Assembly: GCF_006345805.1 (NCBI RefSeq)
Contig: NC_043000.1
Coordinates: forward strand, 144,894,001-144,958,000
DNA from: Octopus sinensis
Lineage: Eukaryota
Reading direction: 5' to 3'
Length of the DNA: 64,000 nucleotides
A program made the position numbers and the translations under genes. This document shows positions 40,656-54,268 of the stretch, piece by piece. The notes below the pieces were generated by a model. The model was not told the DNA's origin, did not search any database, and saw nothing but the letters and a program-made list of their open reading frames with translations. Each line of letters opens with the position of its first letter. The stretch's first letter is position 1.

Positions 40656-41287
40656 TATCGTATATGGATGTGATCTTTCATTGTTTTTCCCTTATACCTA
40701 TGTGAGTTATTTTCTGAGTATGCATTGTCTGGAGACTTTATTTGCAGTTGAAGAAATAGCCAAATTTTTGGCTGCTATTTCTGAAAAGTTCGGTGTGTGG
40801 TAAAGTGAATTGTTTTACTTTACCATATTTTTATAAATTAATACTTCAAATATACCGTAAATGGTCTTTACATACCGAATACTGCTTGGTCGAATTTATT
40901 AACAATTAATTAAGTCTACCCCTTTTTTTGATGACAAATAATGCTTTAATCTCCAAGAATTTGAACTGCAGTTTTTACCTCTGTAGAAATGTAATGCTCT
41001 ATGACTCACGGGGTGGACAGGGAGAATAATAGATCTCATTCGTATTTTTGATTCGCTAGTACTGGGTGTCTGGCATGGTTTGTCCGATAATTAAGTATTG
41101 AACTTTTACCACGTGAGTTTTGTTGTCAGTGAAATATTGTTGTTGAATTTGTGTTTAAAACCTGTTTAAATTGTCTTGTTAAAAATTGTTTGAACTGTTG
41201 CTGGTTTTGAACCAGGAAAACTTTGTTTTCCCCTCCTCACGGAGGGGAACTGCTGTACATTGAAACACACACACATTCCACGGAAAA

Positions 41288-42860
41288 ATGAACAAAAATA
41301 CTTGTTCAAAAATGTCAAAAAATGATGACGTAGTAGGTTTGCCTACACAAAAAAATGTGAAAATTGTTGAAGAAGCTAAAATTGCGGAAGGTGTGACTTC
41401 CAATGAAGCTGTGAAAACAGCAAAAGTGAATGAAGGTTCGCCGGTTAAAAAAGCTGTGAAAACGGCTAAAGTCGCGGAAGGGTTGACTTCCAACGAAGCT
41501 GAGAAAATGTGTGTGACGGTTCCAAACCAAGTGAAAAAACCAAGATGTTTAACTTCGCTGCCGCTGCTGGTAGGAAGACAGAGGAAATAAAGATGGAGGA
41601 GGTGGAGTATGAAAAGTTTTTTAAAATGTTTAAAAAAGAGGGAAATAACGCGATAGCTGCCCTCCCACAAACAATTAAAGAGGAAACCGAGAAAAGGACG
41701 ATAATTTATAAATCCCATGTAATTAAAGAGAAGAAAATTGAAAGGATAACCAAAGACCAAGCTGAGAAATGCCTTAAACCAGTGTGGAGTGATATGGACT
41801 ACGTTACGTGGGGGAGAAAGTTTGCAACAATAGAGGTGCACTTCAGAAATGAAGAAAGAAGAAACGGCCAAAAAACACTCCCTAACACCAATAAAGACGG
41901 AGGAAATAATATTATTACCCTCGTATTTAGGGAGGAGAACCTCAAAAATCAGAGTGGAGGACGTGCCGCCACAGGTCGACGTGAGGTGGTTGCTTCCGGC
42001 ACTGTTAATGGGGCTGGAAGAGAAAATAACTGTGATAAACATCAGAAGAGTGATAAAGGAAAACTGGAGAGGACAAGCATTGCACGTGGTGGTGCAAGCG
42101 ACCCCGGAGGCAATGGAGGAAGTTCCAGAAGAATACAATTCGGGGAAGAAATTAACTTGCGGGTGGTGGTGGAGGGGCGAAAGCCACGTTGCTACGGATG
42201 TGGCGAGATAGGTCACATCCGTATGGAATGCCCACCAGCAAGAAGAAAGGAAGAAAGAAGAAAAAGACAGAAGAAGAAGCAGAGAAAAAAACGGAAGAAG
42301 AGAAGAGAACGACTTCACAACGGTGAGGCGGAAGAAAACGCCAAGAGAAAGAATGCGGACACAACCCAACCAACCCTGGCACAATCAAAAAGAAATCCAA
42401 CTCTCAGGGGAAAACCATCCCCACCCAACCACGGTTCCCCACAAAAAGAGAAGCCCCCACCCAATCCACCCCCACCCCTCAGTGCCGAGCATTACCCCTC
42501 CATTTCAAACCCTCCTCGTGTTCCTCCCCATCATACTCCCCGGGGTCCTCCCCATCACCCCCACAAAGCCCACAAAAAAGCAGATTTACAGAAGCCCAAA
42601 TAGTATATGCGGCAATAGACAAAAATAATGACCGACTTAAAAGTGGAATGGGAAATATCCCAAGCGCAGAAAGGGTGAAAAACCACAGAAATCTACAAAA
42701 AAATGTAGAGAAATTTATAAATTGGACTTACGGAACTTTAACATGTTAAATGCACAGTTCGCAGGGGACATAAAGGGTCCGCGACTCGAAGTGGACGAGT
42801 CACTGATTAATGCGGACTTCCCCGCCACGACCACCAAAGGAAAATACGGAATAAAGGTAA
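41288..42860 (+). CDS. Tx1 ORF1 (gag-like, CCHC zinc knuckle), frameshifted
   Basis: Pieces in ORFs 41288, 41509, 41849 and 42323; CYGCGEIGHIRMEC is CX2CX4HX4C; basic and Pro-rich tail. True stop uncertain. Confidence 0.75.
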
Positions 42861-42863
42861 GTA

Positions 42864-45800
42864 ATGTCTCATATTCGTGTAGGGTGTTTGAATGTGCGTG
42901 GCTGATGCAGAGCTGGAAGCAAGGGCGCTTCCTAAATGACATCAGGTCACGGGATTTAGATGTTGTCGTTGCCACAGAAACCCGGTTAAAGGGGCCAAGA
43001 GATCTGCTCCCGCTGTTCAACGGTTACGAGAGTGTCATCTCTCCGAACCCGTCGGTCGGCGGAAGCGGGGTGTTTGTCCTGTGTAAAAAGAACCGGGTTT
43101 CTGAGAAAAAGTTGATCTTTACGGATCCTGAAGGTAGGCTGGTCGTCATTGAGTTGTCGTTCAGTAGCCGTAAGACAATCAGGCTGGTTGCGGTTTACGC
43201 TCCCCCCGGTAAGGGGAAAAGTGATTATTATCGGAACCTGGAGAAGTTTCTGAGTACATCGTGCCCAGTAGTAATGTTAGGGGACTTCAACACAATCTGC
43301 GATGTGCGGGTAGACTGTGGAGGCTCGCGAACAGACAGAAAAGGAAATACTTGCTTCCTGGATCTACTAAGACGTTTTGAGCTGGTAGATCCATATAGAC
43401 TGGAACATCCGGGCGCTCCACTGTGGACGTGGTCAAATAGCGACGGATCGGTAAAGTCATACATAGACAGGATATTAATTAGGAAGGTAGATAAGAACCT
43501 AGTTAAGAGTCCACAACTCCATATAGTCAGCTACAGTGACCACAAGATGGTCACCTGTAGGCTAGACGTAGATAAGATAACTAGAGGTCCTGGTTACTGG
43601 AAACTTAATACGTCCCTTTTGGCGATTAAGGAGTACAGGGACAGGATTAGGTTAATAATCCAGAGGGCCATGACCGGCTCCATTTGTAACAACAAATGGT
43701 GGTATGCCTTAAGCGAGCCATAAAATATGAGTCCGTTAGATATAGTACTAATCTTGTAGCTAGAGAGGCTAGAAAGTAACTACACTAGTTAAGGACTTAG
43801 AGGAAGCAATGCGAACTGGCAATGCAGACCAGGTGAAGGTCAAGAGACTGGTTCTTAACCAGCACCTCGAAGCCAAACACATGGGTTGCATTGTCAGGGC
43901 TAGACAACGTACGATGGGGAGCGAAGGAATCAAGGCTGCAGGATGGGCCCGAGTGGTGGAAGCCCAACGTGGCAACGATGCTACAATTCGATCTCTGGCG
44001 AACCAACAAGGTAAGTTGACAGACGAGCCCGAGGAGATGTGTCAAGCTTTTCAGGACCACTTCGCCCAGCTTTTCGGGGGGAGCGGCGGACCGGATAGGG
44101 GGAGGGACCTACGGACCTCCTCGACGGGCTGCCGCGCCTCTCGGGGCAGGATGCGAAGTGTAGTGAGGAGCCGATCACACCTGAGGAGGTAATAGAGGCC
44201 ATGGCGGACTGCGGTGCGGGTAAGGCGCCGGGACTGGATGGTCTACCCTACGAGCTTTATAAAAGTATGCCGGACTTGTTCGGGGACTTACTGACGGGCG
44301 TCTACGCAAACTGGCAGCAGAATGGGTTTTTCCCCAGATCTGTGCGCCGGGGAGTGGTGACGCTAGTCAGGAAGGACCAGAGCAAGGGGGACGTAATAGA
44401 TAATTTCAGGCCCATCACTCTGCTTAACGCAGAGTTGAAGATTTTGGCCAAAGTGTTATCGAACAGATTGGCGCGTGTCGCGAATGGACTGATTGGGAAA
44501 GCGCAAACGTGCGCCGTACCGGGCAGAGCCATTCAGGATAATCTCCATCTTATTAGATACACGATAGAGGGAATAAATAACGATCCCGGCAAGGGAGGGG
44601 CAGTGGTCCATTTAGACCAGTCTAAAGCGTTCGATAGGGTCGACCATCACTACCTGGTGTCCGTTCTGGCTCAGTTCGGCCTAGGTCTTGGCTTCCTCAG
44701 GTGGATCATCGAAATGTATGACAACGCCGACTCGGTAGTTCAGGTGAACGGCTTTCTTTCTAAGCCGTTCAAGGTCAAACGCTCGGTTCGCCAGGGATGT
44801 CCGCTCTCCCCGCTTTTGTATGTAGTGGCCCTGGAGCCGCTGCTGCGAAGACTGAGCGGCATCCCGAGGCAACCAGGACGTGATATGTCGGTTTCGGCGT
44901 ACGCGGATGACATCACTATCATCGTGACTGAAGTGGACCACCTACGTAAAGTAGGCAAAGCCATAGAGGTTTACGAGACGGTGACAGGAGCAAAAGTTAA
45001 TCGTGAAAAGTCGGTCGGCTTGCAACTCGGCACCTGGAGAGGCAAGTCGATGCCTCCAGACAGCGTCGTGGGACGTTGGACGGAGGGCCCGATTAAGTTG
45101 CTCGGGGTTTGGTTCGGTCCGGACCTCAAATAGAGAAGAACTGGAGCGAGGTATCGAGCAAGGTGGCTGCAATAGTCAAGATTTGGTCTTGGCGGTGGTT
45201 ATCCTTGAAAGGTAGGGCGGAGGTGGCCAATGTGTTTATAGCATCGGTGATCACCTACCGCCTTGCCGTCGTGCCTTGCCCGGATTCGTGGTTGATCAAG
45301 TTGGAGAGACAGCTCTTTCGCTTCTTGTGGAAGGGCTCGAAACCGCTTGTGAGACGCTCTGTCTGCTGTCAAAAACCGTTACAGGGTGGACTAGGGATGC
45401 CGTGGCTAATGATGCGCAGAAATGCGCTGAGGCTAAGGCACCTGTGGCTCCATCTGGGTAGTGAACGGGTGTGGTCTCCGCTGGCGAAACAGATGTTCCC
45501 CAGGTTCACCAGTTTCGGTGGCCGGGAGGACTGGTATAATCGCAGATCGAAGTTGGGTACGTGGTATACGGAGTGTCGCAAGGCACTCCGACTATTCCGT
45601 CGCTCGGGTAATGCCTGCGGCAGTGGTTCTACCGCTGTGTTTTATAGAGGGTTTGTAGAGGCCGGTAACGATGATACGCTAGGGGAAGCCCTAGGTTTCG
45701 ACGAAAATCAGCTGGCCAGTCTGTTCCAACGTACATTCGGGCCGAAGACACTGGATAATTTCCAGAAGTCTTTGGCTTGGCAGTGCTACCGAGGTGCCTT

Positions 45801-46251
45801 ACCTGTTCGGGACAAGCTTGCAAGGCACGGTTGCCAAGTCAGCCCGACCTGTACGAGGTGTGGGCGAGAACGGGAAACCGTCTCGCACGCGATCGTGCAG
45901 TGTTCGGGGGTGAAAGATATGTGGGATTGTGCCGAACAACTAATGTCAGGTGAACGAAGAGTACAGCTATCAGCCGAATCTATTGTAAAAATCAGCCCAC
46001 CTGATTTCTTAACGAAAGAAGGTAAGTTTTGTTTTCTCGCCGTGGTTTCAACTGCGAAACAGGTAGTATGGAAGACAAGGATGAAAGGAATGATAACAGG
46101 CGACTTCATCTCTGGTTCAAGTCTGGTGGAATATTTTAAATTCCACCTGAAAAGACATATAGAACTGGAGAGAAGGAGCCTGAGTAAGAAAGTGTTTGAT
46201 GAAAGATGGAAAAATGTGGAGAGTAAAAGATCCCTCACAAATGCGAGATAG
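42864..46251 (+). CDS. Tx1 ORF2: APE endonuclease, reverse transcriptase and C-terminal zinc finger; frameshifted
   Basis: MSHIRVGCLNVRG, VYAP, GDFN, SYIDR, SDH (APE); KAPGLDG, FRPITLLN, DQSKAFDRV, RQGCPLSP, YADD (RT); CTRC..H..C (zinc finger). Confidence 0.9.
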
Positions 46252-46973
46252 GAAGAAGAAAAAGGAAACCACAAGGCTAAGTGTCGTGGCGGGGAGCATG
46301 GGGTCGCGGACCCGCCCCACTGCATCTTGAATTTTGTTAATTGTGTCTATTGTGTAATCATTCGATTTATTATTCATTTTCGATTTTTAACCGACCCCAA
46401 ATGTTCATAATTATTTTTTTCATCATTCGTGATTGTATGTGTACTCTATGTCGCCCCTAGTGGGTAATAAAGAAATTGGCATGGTTTGTCCGATGTTACA
46501 GATATCGGACGGGTATGTTAGATTCTTAGTATTTTCAAATCTAAATCAGAAGAAATCTCTGAGCTGAAGGAAGGAAAAGTGGCGTTTTACCCACAAATCC
46601 CAAACAGACTGTCCTCGGGTATCGTAATGGATGTGTGATCTTTCATTGTTTTTTCCGTTATACCTATGTGAGTTATTTTCTGAGTATGCATTGTCTGGAG
46701 ACTTTTATTTGCAGTTGAAGAAATAGCCAATTTTTGGCTGCTATTTCTGAAAAGTTCGGTGTGTGGTAAAGTGAATTTTTTTACTTTACCATATTTTTAT
46801 AATAATACTTCAAATATACCGTAAATGGTCTTTACATACCGAATACTGCTTGGTCGAATTTATTAACAATTAATTAATTCTACCCCTTTTTTGATGACAA
46901 TATAATGCTTTAATCTCCAAGAATTTGAACTGCAGTTTTACCTCTGTAGAAATGTAATGCTCTATATATATAT

Positions 46974-47014
<41 letters not shown>

Positions 47015-47629
47015 GATATCTAATATATCTATATATATATATATAATAATATATATATATTATGTATGTATATATATAGTGATTTAATTGTGTTGTTACA
47101 CTTTGCAATATATTATGATGTTGGACAATTACGAATTGATTAGAGACTATGTGCTATTGTTTATCTTAAGATCAGTGAGTGAATATGAATAATTGAATGA
47201 AAACTTATTCAGAAATGCAGACGTCGCACGCTGGGAGAAGGTATATGCTATCTATGTCTCCATATCATCCTGTGTGTCTCTAATTTCACTAGATTAATAA
47301 AAAGAAAAGTGAATTTTGTTTTAAGTAAACAGAAATAATATTTGTTTTGCGTACGGTAGTAACTTTTCATAATCATATAGTTACACATACAGATACACAC
47401 AAAATATATCCATTTTACTATGCGTGTGTTTATAGATAATCATATGTAAAGACGCATATGTGTACGTTGTGTATTTAATATATATATATGTATGTATATA
47501 TATATATATGTGTGTGTATGTGTGTGTGTGTGTGGAGCGGAGGATGCGCATATACGTGCATATAGATAGGTTGTTGGATAGATACATAAATATGTAAATA
47601 CATTGATACATGCATACGCACATAGACAA

Positions 47630-47692
<63 letters not shown>

Positions 47693-47693
47693 C
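47630..47693. repeat. (GATA)n microsatellite
   Basis: Direct reading; also at about 50015-50075, 50684-50815 and 61550-61580. Confidence 0.95.
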
Positions 47694-49576
47694 ATGATAT
47701 TACCTAACCGGATCAGCAGCAAAATGCCTTATCAAAACATGTGCTGAAATAACAGCCATAATATTTATAAATACCGAATATTGAACGGTTAAAACAAAAG
47801 ATAAAGAAATGCTAGGCACAAATACGCTTTACTCTACAGTTTTGCAAAACAAACTGAAGGATGTGTCTTTTTACGTTCAGTTTACACACGCTATTCAAAC
47901 TGTCGTTGATCAACTTGAAAAGTAGCTGCGAGGATTACGTCGTTAGATCTTGGAATCTTTGATGTACATCGGTACAGTATTTTCATTCTTCCCAAATGAT
48001 TAACATTCTGTAAATATAATCTGCAATACGTATATTCTTCCGGAATTGTGCTTCAACAAGTACGTTATTCTTAAGTTTTAAATATATTAGACTTTTTAAT
48101 TCAGTTATCATAGATCTACATATTAGTTACTAGTGTAACCATCATCATCAAAAAGTAGATTCATGGTTAGGTGAAATACTAAATGAATTACGCTAGTTTC
48201 TTTTAATGTGAGCATTATTAAATAAAGCATGTATAACACATTGTTATATGTAATGTGTGTGTGTATGTGTGTGCACGCACACGTGTTTATTATCTAAAAC
48301 AGAATACATTTTGCCGCATATATCAGTCAGTTTCTTTCTTTGTAAACAGGCACTTGCTTGTAAAATAATTGTAGCGATAATTCACATTTTATTTGCAAAT
48401 ATTTAGCATAGAATTCATTACTTGCGGTTTTATTTTTATTCGAAATTGCATACTCGAGAGAGATTTCAGTTGCCGCTTATTGAGGTGAGGAAACGAATAT
48501 TCCTTGCTAGATATATCCACAATATAAGTATTTGGAATTCATACACTACGTGTTGTCGAAGTTTGGGAATGAATTAAATTAATTCGCTGAGAGCCATATA
48601 TATTTCAGTAACACTGCAATTGTTCAGCGTTCTAACATAATTATTTCTCGCTAAATATAGGTTTTTTTTATGAAATCGTTATTTGCGAAGGGCACAGTGA
48701 AATCTGGAAAGATTATTTTAATATTCATTCTTAATACTTCTAGGCAATATCAGATGTCACGGTCGCTTTAAGACTATAATGTGTCAACGCACTCGGCATA
48801 ATGGTGCAGTAAATACCAAGAAACCGCGTTTCGAAACTTTCTGTCTTATCAGACAGAAGCAACCGAGTTCTGAGCTTATACACGAAGCTTCTCTTAGTTA
48901 TATAGTTTCAGTGAACAAAATTTTTGCACGTTAGTGCCTTTATCTGCCAGGCTATATAGGTTGTGATTTGTCCGTGTGCTAGGTTATCTTGATGAAATAC
49001 ATATTTATTCTTAATACTTTTTCAATTTAAGATGCAAATCATCTTCACCAATGGCTCCAATGTATTTAACACACTATAACTAAAAGAGAGAGTTTATCTC
49101 CTTTGACGCACACTATAGGGACAAGAATATCTTGCGACTGAAACCTCCTAAACGTATTACACGTAGATATATAAATAATTGTTGTAAATTTTATAAGTTT
49201 TTGCAAAAATTTGATCATTGTTCCAGTCACAAATTGTATATTGTTTTCTTTTTAATTTCTTTCATATGAAAACAACATACCATGTGGATTCCAATCTAAT
49301 GCAAGATATACCACCATATTAGGAAAGAAGCTAATCCCTAATACTAATATTCAGAAAAATACCATGCACATGTAACTGCGAATTCGTTGTATGTATATAT
49401 ATATATATATACAATATATATCATTTTGTGGGGCTTTTTTTTTCAGTTGAGAAAAATATGGATTTATTTAAATGAAGAATAACATCTGAAGATTTTCTAT
49501 TTCTAATCGTAAAACAGTAAATCAAATGAAATGATAGTATTGAGTTACCGATGGTATCATTTAGTGAAATTTTTGT

Positions 49577-49690
49577 TCTTCTTCTTCTTCTTCTTCTTCT
49601 TCTTCTTCTTCTTCTTCTTCTTTTTTTCTTCTTCTTCTTCTTCTTCTTCTTCTTTCTTCTTTTCTCTTCTTCTTCTTCTTCTTCTTCTCC
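49577..49690. repeat. (TTC)n microsatellite
   Basis: Direct reading. Confidence 0.95.
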
Positions 49691-50017
49691 CTTTTAGGTG
49701 GGGCCCAGTTAGAATTTTATTAAGGTCATTTAGCTCATCCTTCTGAACAGATCCCTGAATAATAATTGTTTAAATGATTGTTTATACACAAGGCTATGGT
49801 GCTCCTCCAGTACTTCTGCTCGTGATCAGAGATGCACATACCGGCAGCCACAAAGGGATATGCTCAACTGAAGGTCAAACCACTGAAAAGCAAATACTTG
49901 GTATTGAGCAATATATTTGTAGTAGCCCATCTTTTATACCAAGACAAAATAATGTACATGATAACACATTCAATCAGTTAAGATCAGAAGCCAAGAGAGC
50001 CACTGCCTGGTACAGAT

Positions 50018-50087
<70 letters not shown>

Positions 50088-50539
50088 TCCATTGAGAGTT
50101 GGATGGATGTATACGCACATACATACATAGGCATACAAAAGTGCATGAATATTAATAGTCATGTGTGTGTATGTTTGTACGTGTGTGCGTGTGTGTGGGG
50201 GATGTGTGTACTTAATGCATTGCCTAGATAACCTTTGTGAATATGCAGAAATATTCATTTACAAAAGAATCTACAACAACGAATACGTGATTTATACATT
50301 ACCGATGCCCTTGGAAAACTGTGTATGCAAGCTCCGGCGTAGGTTCATGCGTGCAACAACATACATGCTTACATGCAAAGAAAATCTCGTTCCTTAAAAC
50401 AAAAAAAAGTTACTTGTATAAATCAATATGATTGTATTTAAACTAGAGTTAAAACATTAAATCAATAACAATACAAAATTAGCACCAAACGCAAGAAGAC
50501 AGATTAGAAAATTAATGCGGGCGTGATTGATTGCATATT

Positions 50540-50592
50540 TTGTATTTGTAATATTTTGGATTTAATCTTATGGAAAAGGTCAGTATTCCTGA
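50540..50592 (+). repeat. Dispersed repeat, second copy at about 61580-61635 (-)
   Basis: TATTTGTAATATT..GGATTTAATCTTATGGAAAA..TCAGTAT at both sites, each followed by (TATC)n. Confidence 0.6.
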
Positions 50593-50682
50593 CAATAGCT
50601 TTGTCAGTATTCTTAAACCGTTTTTTTTTTCTCCTGATTAGTTATTTCAGTAGATGTTTAATAATCAGATGTGCCCAATATT

Positions 50683-50852
<170 letters not shown>

Positions 50853-50956
50853 CTTTATATATATATATACATATATCTTTATATATATCTTTATATATAT
50901 ATACATATATCTTTATATATATATATACATATATCTTTATATATATATACATATAT

Positions 50957-51002
<46 letters not shown>

Positions 51003-51460
51003 TTCGTTCTCTTTATCACTCTTTTTATGTAATTTTTCTTGTTCATTCTGGTGTCTTGGAGAACTACTGTATCTTCTGCCTCATAAACAACTGTGTTTTC
51101 CAACACGCCTAGCTTCAGTGTCTCGACCGTTACAACCAGCATTGGACACTTGTTCTGTTTTATGAATGATAATTTTCTTCATATTGGGGGAGCACCTGTA
51201 CGAAATTTACCGGACCTGATAACCAAATTAACACATCTTGGAGGGATCTACATAAATGGATCAGAGAGATAAAAATTATGCGTAGTTGAAAGACTTCACA
51301 TTCATTTTACATCCAAAAATTCCAACACAATACGTAATTGGAGATCTGCAATTTTTTAGAAAATAATAGCACAAAGACGCGTTTCATTTCTTGAACTTAA
51401 AGACAGCACCCGCCCTAATTTGAGTAGGTAACTCAACGAGTTTGGCCTCTTTACTCTTAT

Positions 51461-53782
51461 ATTAGTTAGTTAATTTGGCTCAAAAGCAAATAGCAAGGCC
51501 ATGTAGGGTTAGGTACAGGGTGGTGTTCATGTAAAGAGTTCAGGCCACTTGAGGTCAAGGGAGGCTTTGAACAAAGCGGTCGTCGGCATCTTCACCATCT
51601 CGTCTGGCAGCTTGTTCCACGGATCCGCAACCCGGACGGAGAAAGCTCCTCTCCTTCGATTGAGATGAAATCGTCGCAGGTAGAGCTTTTCGGAATGACC
51701 CCGCAGCCGACGCTCTGGAGCAGGAATGAAGAACAGCTCTTTCGAGAGGTTACACTTTCCGCTTATGATGAGAATGAGATCACCACGGCGGCGGCGTTTT
51801 TCAAGAGAATAAAGGTCGAGCGTCCTCAGCCTTTCTTCGTAGGACAAATTTTTGAGACCATGAACCATGCGGGTAGCCAGCTTCTGGACTCTTTCGAGAT
51901 GCTGTATGTCTTTGAGGAGATAGGAGAAGAGGCTTGAATCCCATACTCCAATATGCGTCTCACCAGCGTGACATAGAGTGGTAGGAATATGGCTGCTGTG
52001 AGCATTCCGAATGACCGTCGAATCAAGAACAGAATTCCGCGTGCTTTGTTGGCAGCATGGACGCACTGGGCCGAAGGCGAAAAGGAGGAATCCACCAAGA
52101 TACCTAGGTCCTTTACCTGATCGGTCCTCTCCAGCAGCAGACGACCTGGCTCGAAATCAAGTTGAGTTGCAGGAGTAGAGCCGACAGGCAGATGACAGCA
52201 CTTTGACACGTTCAGACACAGGTCCCAATTGTTAGACCACTTCCAAATTTGGTGGAGGCATCGACGAAGATCCTCTATATTACCGCGAGGAGCGACCAGT
52301 TTGATATCGTCGGCAAATAGAAGGGTGTGTTGCGTGAGGTCGTCGGGCAAGTCGTTTATGAAGACTAAGAACAACAAGGGCCCAAGCACTGAACCTTGAG
52401 GCACGCCACTGCTCGCACTGGAGACGTCGGACAGCGAACCATTAACTTGGACTTGGAATGAGCGATCTGAGAGGAAGGCACCAACCCATCGTACAATATC
52501 CAGATGGAAACTATATGCTTGAAGCTTGACAAGCAATAGGCGGTGGTTTATCGAGTCAAAAGCTTTGGCAAAGTCCAATAAAACGATGTCAACAGCATCA
52601 CTATCATCGAGGATGCGCGTCACCAATTCTTCCATTACTAGTAGGTTGGTCAAGCATGATCTCTTCGGCACGAAGCCGTGTTGGGAATCAGAGTTAGAGG
52701 CTGTGTTTAGGAGGTGGAGCATCATACTTTCTTAGGATGGTTTCGAACATCTTGCTGATATTGATGTAAGGGAAACCGGTCGGTAGTTAAGCGGGTCTTC
52801 GCGGCTCCCTTTCTTGAAAATTGGGCAGATTATCGCTGTTCTCCAGTCTGCAGGTATAACACCCGTCGCCAATGACATATTTAATAGTCGTGTTAAGGGC
52901 TCGCAGATGACCGGAGCCAACGCTTTGATAACCCGTGGGTGTATGCCGTCAGGGCCGTGAAATTTGTTGACATCGAGGCCTTGAATAACACGTTTGATCG
53001 TCCCGCGTGATGACCAATCGAAGCATTGGAGGTACCGATCTATCAAAATGGAGGGGGTTCACGACCATCATCTTGTTTGAAAATAGTTGAAAAAGCCTCG
53101 GCAAATAATTGACTCTGTTGATAAGGGTCCTCAATCGATACCCCTGTTGAGTCTACCAACGTTGCAATATGGTTGTTCAAGCGGGAATTCCGCTGGACAT
53201 GGGCAAAGAAGGTTTTTGGATTGCTACTGGCATTTGCTGCGATTTTGTATTCGTAACTGAAGCGTTCTTTCTTTTCAATTTTCACGGCTCGGTCTCGTTG
53301 AGTTTTGTACACCTCAAAAGCTGCAGTCGAATCCAGATTTTTGAATTCAGCCCAAGCATATCTCTGAGTCGACGTTCTCGTTTAACCCTCTTCGTCACCC
53401 AGGGCTTGTGTTTTTCCTCTTGGGAAGCCCAACGGGAACTGCCTGGTCAGTCAAACAGATTACATATGCTTTGAGGGATGACCATAGTTCGTCAACTGAG
53501 GACAACGTCATCAGGGATCGCCAGTCCAGAAGCGCGGAAGCCTCGGTTAGAATTTCAAGATTAATTGCAGAGAAGACTCTACGTGGCAGCGAAGTAGTCG
53601 TGGGCGTAGAAAAAGTTGCGTGCATGACGAACTTCAGGACCGCATGATCACTCTTGGCAAGAGGGGCGCACACAGATACGTCTGACACTGATCTTGGATA
53701 GCGGGAGAATACCAGATCTAGCATAGATGGCTGCTGCCCAGACCGATGCCTTGTCGGATATTCAACATGTTGCGAACCCATA
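51461..53782 (-). mobile_element. 5'-truncated CR1-type LINE (APE C-terminus plus RT), frameshifted
   Basis: PTRHR..LDLVF..LAKSDH; GPDGIHPRV, FKKG..NYRPVSLTS; QHGF..SCLTNL, DFAKAFDS, GVPQGSVLGPLLF, LFADD; LERVQKLATRMV..YEERL; short (TAAC) tail. Confidence 0.93.
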
Positions 53783-54034
53783 TTAATTATGGTTTCTCAA
53801 CTCAAAGAACTTGGTTTTCTTTATATTTTAACTTTTTTTTCTTCTAGCTACAAATCTTGCATTAGCCTTCTCCGAATTTTTCTCCGACATTTCTCTTATT
53901 ATTTTCCTCGTGTATTCTCATAACCTAGGTTCACTTGGAGATACAAGAATTTATATAAATGTGCCATTTCATTATATCTTAAAGCATAAAACAATTAGGA
54001 GCTCTTTTTTAATTGTGTATATTAAAAGATATTT

Positions 54035-54268
54035 GAAGGCGGCGAGCTGGCAGAAATATTAGCACGCCAGGCGAAATGCTCAGCGATATTTTGTCTGCCG
54101 CAACGTTGTGAGATCAAATTCCGCCGAGGTCGAATTTACCTTTCATCCTTTCGGGGTCGATGAATTAAGTACCAGTTACGCACTGATGTCAATGTAATAG
54201 ATTAATCCGTTTGCCTGTCCTTGTTTGTCCCCTCTATGTTGAGCCCCTTGTTGGCAATAAAGAAATAA
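54035..54268 (+). mobile_element. tRNA-derived SINE, family 3
   Basis: GGCGGCGAGCTGGCAGAA head, GATCAAATTCC B-box-like, central GCCGAGGTCGA..TCATCCTTTCGGGGTCGAT..AAGTACCAG, tail GGCAATAAAGAAAT. Fragment of the central domain also at about 17262-17280. Confidence 0.85.

Larger units (their letters stand above)
41089..46476 (+). mobile_element. Full-length Tx1/L1-clade non-LTR retrotransposon
   Basis: Flanked by an 18-bp TSD TGGCATGGTTTGTCCGAT (41071-41088 and 46477-46494); 5'UTR, ORF1, ORF2 and a 3'UTR ending GGGTAATAAAGAAAT. Confidence 0.95.
39935..46962 (+). repeat. ~558-bp HHR-bearing tandem repeat (family A) with a 5' inverted partial copy, interrupted by a Tx1 LINE
   Basis: TTCTGAAAAGTTCGGTGTGTGGTAAAG at about 40221, 40779 and 46746; 39935-40186 is an inverted partial unit; both outer ends run into (TA)n. 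Confidence 0.92.

Noticed and set aside
41179-42384. 401-aa minus-strand ORF
   Set aside because: Antisense shadow of purine-rich Tx1 ORF1; no recognisable domain.
48820-48860. CTGATAA..GAAACGCG on the minus strand
   Set aside because: Core G8 lost and no stem I; better explained as a simple hairpin.
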